DNA of 64,000 nt from a virus (taxonomy: Duplodnaviria > Caudoviricetes), in IMG/VR virus record IMGVR_UViG_3300012031_000010, positions 6,511 through 70,510 of that record. One strand, given 5' to 3'. The translations under genes were made by a program, and so were the position numbers. The notes below the pieces were generated by a model. That model did not search any database. It was not told the origin of the DNA and worked only from the letters and a program-made list of their open reading frames with translations. Shown in pieces: positions 58,001 to 64,000 of this stretch. Within the stretch, counting starts at the first letter, position 1; each line of letters begins with the position of its first letter.

Positions 58001-59961
58001 TTCCATGGTTAAATGTGACGGGAGAATTTCCACAATCATTGGAATTTAGGATAAATACGGATAAAAGACAACCACACACAATAGCTAGTAGTGAACGGTG
58101 GGAACTGAATATTATACCAAATACCGGATCACTTGCAATCGTTGAATTTAAAATATCAACAGGTGGTGTATTAGGTAGTGGTAATGATGTTTCGGCATCT
58201 ACCTTACCAATGCCGATATTTAATGATGTATATACTCAAATCGCAATAAACAGATCGGTTACCGATACGACACAAAGTTTTGATTTATACGTTAAAGAGG
58301 GATTTCAAGAAAGAATTAGAAATTCGGGATATGCAACAGTAGAATTCCCATCATCATCAATCGGTGCGTGGCAAGGTTATTCCGAAATATCAATAGGTGA
58401 TGGATTTAATGGTACAATGGATGAATTCAGATTATGGAGAACTCCATTAAGTGAATCCCGAGTTGATAATCATACTTTATTACCAGATGCAATCGATGGT
58501 AACCAATTTAATTCATCGACCGAGGATCTGTTATTCAGACTGGATTTTGAGTACCCGAAAGATAGATCATCGGATATTGGAATAAAAAATGTATCCATAA
58601 ATAGATTATATGGTAATGGATTTGCAACTGCATCTGATTTCCCATCAGTTCCGGATTACCCATACCAATATACACCATATGAACGAACGGTAACGGCAAA
58701 TGTACCATCTACCGGTATGTTCGTGAGCAACAAGATTAGATTTGAATCACATACCTTGGATAATTATCTTAATTTCGGTACAATATCAAATGCACAATCA
58801 TTTGATTCGGCCCATGATTCAAATAAACTTGGATTGTTCTTTTCACCATCACAACAAATAAATTTGGATATCCTACGTTCATTGGGAAAATTTAACATAG
58901 ATAATTATATTGGTAATCCAGTAGATGAATTCAGCGATACATATTCTGATTTGGATGAATTGAGAAACTATTACTTTCAACGATATGATTTGAACATATA
59001 CGAGTATATACAATTGGTTAGGTATATCGACCAAACGTTGTTTACAACTTTAAAATCATTGGTCCCAGGTCGTTCAATTGTTTCAAGTGGGTTATTGATA
59101 GAACCACATATTCTAGAACGAAGTAAAATATCAAGAAAACCGGTTATTGCAGAAAATATTGGATTACAATCCACAACGGATGTGAACGAGAAATTGAATA
59201 TGACTTCTGAAAATATAATGGAAGAAGTTACCTTGAATACAATGGAGGAAATTTCAATGGTTTCTGAAAATCTGCAGTGGGATGGGAATGTTAATGCGAA
59301 TGATGAAGTTCAACTATATGCAGTTACTCCGTTTTATGATGGAACAATACATGCTAGAGATAAAGAAGATGTTTCGGGTGAATATAGAACTTGGGACTCT
59401 TCCATAGATGCAAAATTCACTGGATCGATACAGGGGGAATATGAATCTAATCAACTCACAGCGATTGGAATGGATAAAGATTCGGTTACAAGAGCAGGAT
59501 TCGGTATTTACGCTGAAAATGGTATTACTATACGTACCACTATCGATGAGTTCGGTAATAGGATACAACGTAGACAAAGGGTTCATATGGTGACAGAACA
59601 ACACACAGTAGATGTACCTGTTAATATAAATCCCCTTGACCCATCATTGGGATCTGAATTATTACAACAGACGTATGAAAAAACGAAGGTAACATTTAGA
59701 AATTATAATGAATCCGGATCATTAATTACGGGTGCGGTAATACGGGCGATTCCACTTAATGGATATTTTCCATCACATTACAGAAATGTCGGGGATTTAA
59801 CGACAGGATTACAAAACTCATACTATAATGGGTGTAAACAAACGATAAATACCACATTGGATGGTAGTTCACCTATTCAAATATTCACTACTAATCCTAA
59901 TACCTTACGTGTAAGTGATACTGGACGTGGTAGTGGGGAGCCCATTCTCGAAGTCGATTGA
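55060..59961 (+). CDS. Large virion/baseplate structural protein with a LamG/ConA-like domain
   Basis: 1633 aa. MIGQHFD.LW.Y, NNLPYIYKHKGT.RAL and EFGGP baseplate-type motifs; GTMDEFRLWRTPL LamG-like motif. Confidence 0.8.
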   Translation: MALILRSRTSDRTPLFDRGDNTRTPNIIISPNENLRRNITTFTPGTSPPRDERIIIRDSDMEPRLPSLMLVPDSRLIITTKSDPTFAEIIISGTSTKNTAPHSYSFDYRELLDPKEFIAKKTGFISNTSYKVSSRITTDKITGTGRIIYTIIKRVGNRTDVQQLVASGPSSVLALDFPLNQDSIPVDIPENNIREYIIEFEVNMPSDSSFKYLTSDGQTGTLVNNSDISVIIKERLEGQLAWIEIQQPQQSKSKLNVKYSITDSGSTRVSEFTDDVRKILRIGTTKIKVDVDKGVDIIAGQTPIVAVENDNLEYNISSNGSVDISYISENTDRVSYSIGNIVRDAESSGVIKLYQSDFPNGIGQYTLILQPISNQNGSGLIKRVNINVVSKTYLPGPDITKINYPYNIKGADFRGYDENFKISWQSVNTNYIEVYVSKKSSEFSLAKVAGSGALTLNVANVLRKSKQSFNDSDKTLTFDLILIPYNTEGNSVVSGKQEKITIVFDKSDLKLKRNQVLRDIRTSFELGFNEDTLREQTSRFLTHLAHFGDGDNKLISTWGIDTETFSVYETDSETSQRRRVEFNPSLVLKLYEPLPTSVQPNQQLWVSKAQTLPTIEQIILTDDEVKSCIDLQPNFGLDISDDIGYQILDDLVASGSVSSTQLIQQYIGDNEFSLQKLDLQFDTGSDYAWENFVKYSSAAERIENFVYKVQLLEFYSASIFTLQSGSDAGVVSVINEISRTNEKIISTKQGFDAFENHIYTVDSPISYPGAGQNEISSSNSTDVTSWYNFAIGSARSFDEYNVDKLTNNIPQHFVNDANGQDYMLFFNMIGQHFDILWSYIRKFSKSKQLEHTNKGGITDELVYHMLESLGWDADMGVKSQVLWEYAFGKNKDGSSASIMTGKERQQEVWRRLLNNLPYIYKHKGTKRALNAAMACYGIPTSMLTIMEFGGPKDPTTSGTSKFTFDDRTAAINFDGAANILVPWLNVTGEFPQSLEFRINTDKRQPHTIASSERWELNIIPNTGSLAIVEFKISTGGVLGSGNDVSASTLPMPIFNDVYTQIAINRSVTDTTQSFDLYVKEGFQERIRNSGYATVEFPSSSIGAWQGYSEISIGDGFNGTMDEFRLWRTPLSESRVDNHTLLPDAIDGNQFNSSTEDLLFRLDFEYPKDRSSDIGIKNVSINRLYGNGFATASDFPSVPDYPYQYTPYERTVTANVPSTGMFVSNKIRFESHTLDNYLNFGTISNAQSFDSAHDSNKLGLFFSPSQQINLDILRSLGKFNIDNYIGNPVDEFSDTYSDLDELRNYYFQRYDLNIYEYIQLVRYIDQTLFTTLKSLVPGRSIVSSGLLIEPHILERSKISRKPVIAENIGLQSTTDVNEKLNMTSENIMEEVTLNTMEEISMVSENLQWDGNVNANDEVQLYAVTPFYDGTIHARDKEDVSGEYRTWDSSIDAKFTGSIQGEYESNQLTAIGMDKDSVTRAGFGIYAENGITIRTTIDEFGNRIQRRQRVHMVTEQHTVDVPVNINPLDPSLGSELLQQTYEKTKVTFRNYNESGSLITGAVIRAIPLNGYFPSHYRNVGDLTTGLQNSYYNGCKQTINTTLDGSSPIQIFTTNPNTLRVSDTGRGSGEPILEVD

Positions 59962-60122
59962 TAGGATACTAGAGGTTGATTGAAAATATTATTTTCTTAT
60001 ACTAAATTATGAAACAGATAAAATTAAATAACTTATATTTAACATATATAATTTGGTAATATTAGTAATTATCATTATATTGTATATATTGAGTTAAAAA
60101 AGTTAAATATTAATATTTATAT

Positions 60123-60605
60123 ATGAAAAAAGTAGTTTATTTGCATGGATTGGAAACGAAGTCAGGTGGGAAAAAAGTAGATTATCTTACAAAAGATAAC
60201 TTGGTCTATGCACCAAGAGTGGATTATAAAAATGTTGATGAATTTTATAAATACCTAAAGATAATTACAGAAATAAAACCTGATTATATAATAGGTAGTA
60301 GTTTTGGTGGTTACTTTGCATATTTATATGGTACATTGATCGATACAAATGTAATACTATTTAATCCAGCTCTACATAGTAGATCATACGAACCTAAAAT
60401 CGAAACCGGGATTAAAAGTCCAAAAGGTATATGTATTCTAGGGGAGGATGATAGTGTAATCGATCCAATTGTTACCAAAAAAATAATTGTTGATAATAAA
60501 TATAAATTCGATATTAATAAATTAAAAATAGAAACGATAAAATCAACCGGACATAGAACCTCGTTGGTATCATTCAAAAAAATAATAAATACACATTTGA
60601 TATGA
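60123..60605 (+). CDS. Alpha/beta hydrolase (YqiA-like esterase)
   Basis: YLHG, GSSFGGY nucleophile elbow, FNPAL, D..ID and GH motifs. Confidence 0.85.
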   Translation: MKKVVYLHGLETKSGGKKVDYLTKDNLVYAPRVDYKNVDEFYKYLKIITEIKPDYIIGSSFGGYFAYLYGTLIDTNVILFNPALHSRSYEPKIETGIKSPKGICILGEDDSVIDPIVTKKIIVDNKYKFDINKLKIETIKSTGHRTSLVSFKKIINTHLI

Positions 60606-61141
60606 TAAAACTCAAAGACCTTATAGATGAATCAAAATTAAAACCTAAAAAGTGGATGCCAGTTGCACCTTCCGAATTAAAGGATTTTAAAAAAGTAATA
60701 TTTGATTTAATATCTACTGCATATAAACCAATCGGAGGACACGGTGGATTCGCATCTACATCAGATGTGAATAGTGAAAAGGATTTTAATATATTTGATG
60801 CAGATGGTGATGACATACCAGATGCGGTAGTAGTGAGTAAAAAAAAACAACCAGGGAAAAAATTAGTTGCAATTGGTCATGATGGTTCAAGTCAATCAAA
60901 ACGTTCCGCGGTAGGAAAACAAATAAAACAACTAAAATCCAAAGGACATTATATTGAAGTATCGGGGAAACTGGCAGATATTTTCAAATCAGCAGGAGTA
61001 GCTATAGTTAATAATGAAGAGGATGTCCGTAAAGTATTATATGGTAAAGATATTAAATGGCACGGAGATGGTACGTACGATAGAGTGATTCCAGGTATCG
61101 GTAAACAAAGAAAAACATTAATGGGTAAGCCAAAAATATAA
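60602..61141 (+). CDS. Hypothetical protein, possibly with an acetyltransferase-like fold
   Basis: 179 aa with an MIKLKDLI start shared with the next gene. Confidence 0.7.
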   Translation: MIKLKDLIDESKLKPKKWMPVAPSELKDFKKVIFDLISTAYKPIGGHGGFASTSDVNSEKDFNIFDADGDDIPDAVVVSKKKQPGKKLVAIGHDGSSQSKRSAVGKQIKQLKSKGHYIEVSGKLADIFKSAGVAIVNNEEDVRKVLYGKDIKWHGDGTYDRVIPGIGKQRKTLMGKPKI

Positions 61142-61148
61142 TATTATA

Positions 61149-61865
61149 ATGATAAAATTAAAACATTTATTAATGGAAATGGGGGAAGCTGCAGGAAATC
61201 TGGAGTTAATAAAAACTACCCCGGATGCTGCAGAATTATATGGTGTTAATGCATTTAAGAAAAAGGGGTTATCATTGAAAGATGAGATACCCAATTTCAT
61301 GTCAAATTATAAAATAAGTCAAAAACTGGCTGGAATTGGGAAAACCCAAAGAAAAGATATGCCTGTTATAGATGAAAAAGATGTTAAGGACTTTCAAATG
61401 AGATTGCAAAAAGGATTTATTGATTTAAATTCACCGTATGCAAAACCAATAAAAGGTAGTAAACCGTTCCCACAGGGATTATCCGGTGATGATGCATCGG
61501 ATTGGTTAAAGAACGGATTACCTGTAAGTGATAATGCAAAACAAACAGATGATGTAGTTAAGGTAAATAAAGCATCTATATCTGTAAATAAATTAAAACC
61601 AATCCAACGTCAAATCTATTTCGATAAAGCTATAAATACGATAGCTTCTTTTGGTGCAAGTAAATCTCTTGCATATATTAAAACAACTACATTTATATGT
61701 AGTAATGATAACTATATTATAGATGGTCATCACAGATTTTTAAGTGCCATGTTAATAGATCCGTCTGCAAAAATAAATGTATTAAAAATAAATTTACCAT
61801 TATCAATATTATTACCCATGAGTCTATCGTATACAGATGCAGTTGGTAACTATAGAAACTTATAA
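61149..61865 (+). CDS. ParB/Srx-like domain protein
   Basis: LKPIQRQIY and YIIDGHHRF motifs. Confidence 0.75.
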   Translation: MIKLKHLLMEMGEAAGNLELIKTTPDAAELYGVNAFKKKGLSLKDEIPNFMSNYKISQKLAGIGKTQRKDMPVIDEKDVKDFQMRLQKGFIDLNSPYAKPIKGSKPFPQGLSGDDASDWLKNGLPVSDNAKQTDDVVKVNKASISVNKLKPIQRQIYFDKAINTIASFGASKSLAYIKTTTFICSNDNYIIDGHHRFLSAMLIDPSAKINVLKINLPLSILLPMSLSYTDAVGNYRNL

Positions 61866-61869
61866 CAAT

Positions 61870-62157
61870 ATGAAAAAAATAGATACATTTCAACAGAAAT
61901 TGGATAAGATGTTAAGTGATTCAATAAAGCCCAAATTAAATGAAGGTTTGACAAAAAAATCACTAGAAAATGTAAATCAAGATACCATAGATGATATACA
62001 TGAGGGGTATTATGCACTTACAGATGTAATCAGGGGCAAGTTAAGATATGCGTTAATGCAGGCATCACAGGATAATCCCGATTGGAAAAAAGAATATAGT
62101 ATTTTTCTAAAAATTCAGAAGTTAGTAAACTCATTAGAGACAAGTAAAATACTATAA
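61870..62157 (+). CDS. Hypothetical protein
   Basis: Likely start MKKIDTF. Confidence 0.65.
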   Translation: MKKIDTFQQKLDKMLSDSIKPKLNEGLTKKSLENVNQDTIDDIHEGYYALTDVIRGKLRYALMQASQDNPDWKKEYSIFLKIQKLVNSLETSKIL

Positions 62158-62240
62158 AAGTATGAGTATATTAGAAAAAATAATTAAAAATTAAATTACT
62201 TATATTTATATACAAATAACAAAGTAACAAATAGCAAAAA

Positions 62241-62870
62241 ATGGCATATTTAGATAACACGGAAATAACAGTAGATGCGATTCTTACCAAAAAGGGCAGA
62301 GAGAAGTTAGCTGGTGGTGAGGGATTAAATATAACTCAATTTGCGTTGGGAGATGATGAGGTAGATTATGGATTATATGAGCCTGCTCACCCAAAGGGTT
62401 CTGCATTTTATGATTCGGCCATTAAAGCAATTCCGATCACTGAAGCTTCACCGGATGAAACACAAGTATTGAGATATAAATTAGTAACTTTACCCAAGGG
62501 AACTACAAAAATTCCTAAAGTTGAATTTGGTGTACCTTCCATTTCTGTAAATCAGAATTCGGGTCAAGTAACATTATCACCGACTACTTCACCGAGTGGA
62601 AATACAACGGCAGGATACACATTGGTGTTGGCGAATAAAAACTCGGGTACAATTGTAGGTGCAGGACTTTCCGCTGGTAGTGGAACTGTTCCTATTTTCC
62701 TCGGTGATGAAATAACAACAACTGCTTCAGTAGAACGTGGTACGACATTTACTTTTATCCCAAATCCAAACATCACAAAAACAATCAGCACAACACTTAC
62801 CGTATATGGGAATGAAACTGGTGGATCAGTCACGATACCCGTTACTATTACATATGTACAACCAACATAA
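62241..62870 (+). CDS. Virion structural protein
   Basis: MAYLDNTEITVDAILTKKGR...ITQFALGDDEVDY, after the late motif. Confidence 0.8.
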   Translation: MAYLDNTEITVDAILTKKGREKLAGGEGLNITQFALGDDEVDYGLYEPAHPKGSAFYDSAIKAIPITEASPDETQVLRYKLVTLPKGTTKIPKVEFGVPSISVNQNSGQVTLSPTTSPSGNTTAGYTLVLANKNSGTIVGAGLSAGSGTVPIFLGDEITTTASVERGTTFTFIPNPNITKTISTTLTVYGNETGGSVTIPVTITYVQPT

Positions 62871-62891
62871 TAACGGAACAATAAAATAATT

Positions 62892-64000
62892 ATGGCAAAT
62901 ATATCAGGACAGGCAGGAGTTAACTTATCAACGGAACTTGCTAATTACCTATCGACCCAACAGGGAACATTAACATCGGAACAAATTACCAATATTGTAA
63001 ACGGGTACTTAACCGGGGGAGATAAACTAGCATCACAGGGTGGATCGGTTACAACCGGTATTTACAAAAGATTCGGTGAATTTGATCAAGTAACGGGTAA
63101 AGTAGAAGTAGTGACTACAGGTCTTTGGAGTGGTGATACTGGTAGCTTAGAATCCTTTTTTACATCATCTACACAAATTGGTTCTAATAGTGGTAATTAC
63201 TACTATAATGTTTATCAGTCTAACCCAAGTAGTAGTTTATCCGAAGTACAATTTGCAGTTGCATACGGTAATAGGTTAGGTAGTGGATCCGTATCATTAT
63301 CAACAAGTGATGATGCATTACTATCTTCAAAGGCAACGTATTCACAATATCGCTCGATACTACTAAATCAAGATGATAAATTTTTCACGTTCCTTTCTGC
63401 TTCAACTGCAGGTACTCATGATTCAGATGATATTTATGTAGTAAATATTGCTCGTTCAAGGTACAAGGAAACCATGGATCCTGGAAACTGGGAACTTACT
63501 TTGAGTGGTTCTACTGGTACAGCAACCTTTATTGATGATAGTGGTAAGAAGTTTTCCGATACCGCTGGTAGGGCTGGAAGGGTATTCAGCATCGTACAAG
63601 GTACATTAAATCTAGGTACTGAAAATGAAGCTACAATTATCAACACAACTGCACCAGTGAACGGACAGGGATATGGTTTGTTCTATCCGGACCAAGGACT
63701 TATGGTTTTTAACCCATCTGCAATTGCAGAAATAGTCGGTAACGAACTGGATCCAGTTTTAAATTCAACTAATGGTATAGATTTGGAATATAAAAATCAA
63801 CAATATTTAGTCGATTCAATTATAACAGGAGGGGATTTTGAGGCACGTAGAACAGAAAACATATCCACTGCTCATTATTTCGTAAGGGCAACCAATAGAG
63901 AATTTAACTTTTCCAATAATCCGACATTTGTGACGGGATCGGATGGAACATTCAGAGAATCAACATTTATAAGAGATCCAAAAACCTACATAACTACCGT
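62892..64000 (+). CDS. Virion structural protein, 3' end outside the window
   Basis: MANISGQAGVNLSTEL... open to the window end; TAHYFVRATNREFNFSNNPTF. Absent from the ORF track because it has no stop in the window. Confidence 0.8.
   Translation, partial: MANISGQAGVNLSTELANYLSTQQGTLTSEQITNIVNGYLTGGDKLASQGGSVTTGIYKRFGEFDQVTGKVEVVTTGLWSGDTGSLESFFTSSTQIGSNSGNYYYNVYQSNPSSSLSEVQFAVAYGNRLGSGSVSLSTSDDALLSSKATYSQYRSILLNQDDKFFTFLSASTAGTHDSDDIYVVNIARSRYKETMDPGNWELTLSGSTGTATFIDDSGKKFSDTAGRAGRVFSIVQGTLNLGTENEATIINTTAPVNGQGYGLFYPDQGLMVFNPSAIAEIVGNELDPVLNSTNGIDLEYKNQQYLVDSIITGGDFEARRTENISTAHYFVRATNREFNFSNNPTFVTGSDGTFRESTFIRDPKTYITT

Noticed and set aside
1-64000. Stop-codon reassignment or a suppressor tRNA
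   Set aside because: Long genes (up to 1633 aa) read through intact in the standard code and no CTA, TTA or TCA anticodon was found. The TGA in the 15193 HNH accompanies a frameshift, consistent with a pseudogene.

Overview
Segment of a large, AT-rich tailed phage genome with essentially all genes on the + strand and no sign of stop-codon recoding. The host is probably Bacteroidota, based on TAnnTTTG-type promoters, A-rich start contexts without Shine-Dalgarno motifs, and OmpA, lipoproteins and ClpS of Bacteroidota type. 1-12 kb: thyA (5' end truncated), host-envelope-type genes (transglutaminase-elicitor-like protein, two repeat lipoproteins, OmpA, a membrane-anchored Zn protease) and a 2H phosphoesterase. 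12.3-26.3 kb: an RNA island with about 33 tRNA or tRNA-derived genes whose anticodons span all 20 amino acids, several of them atypical. It also holds a compact RNase P RNA, a circularly permuted two-piece tmRNA, a probable GOLLD-like large RNA containing a tRNA, several unexplained structured RNAs, a leader ORF with terminator, boxA-like elements and decayed HNH genes. 26-45 kb: small early genes, YqeY, an R2K-type ATP-grasp protein, ClpS, PhoH split in two by an atypically split intein, a deoxyribonucleotidase, an SF2 helicase, peptide deformylase, a lysozyme-like protein and a sigma-like factor. 45-64 kb: baseplate and virion structural module. All assignments come from reading the sequence and recalling motifs; no searches were run, and RNA boundaries are approximate.
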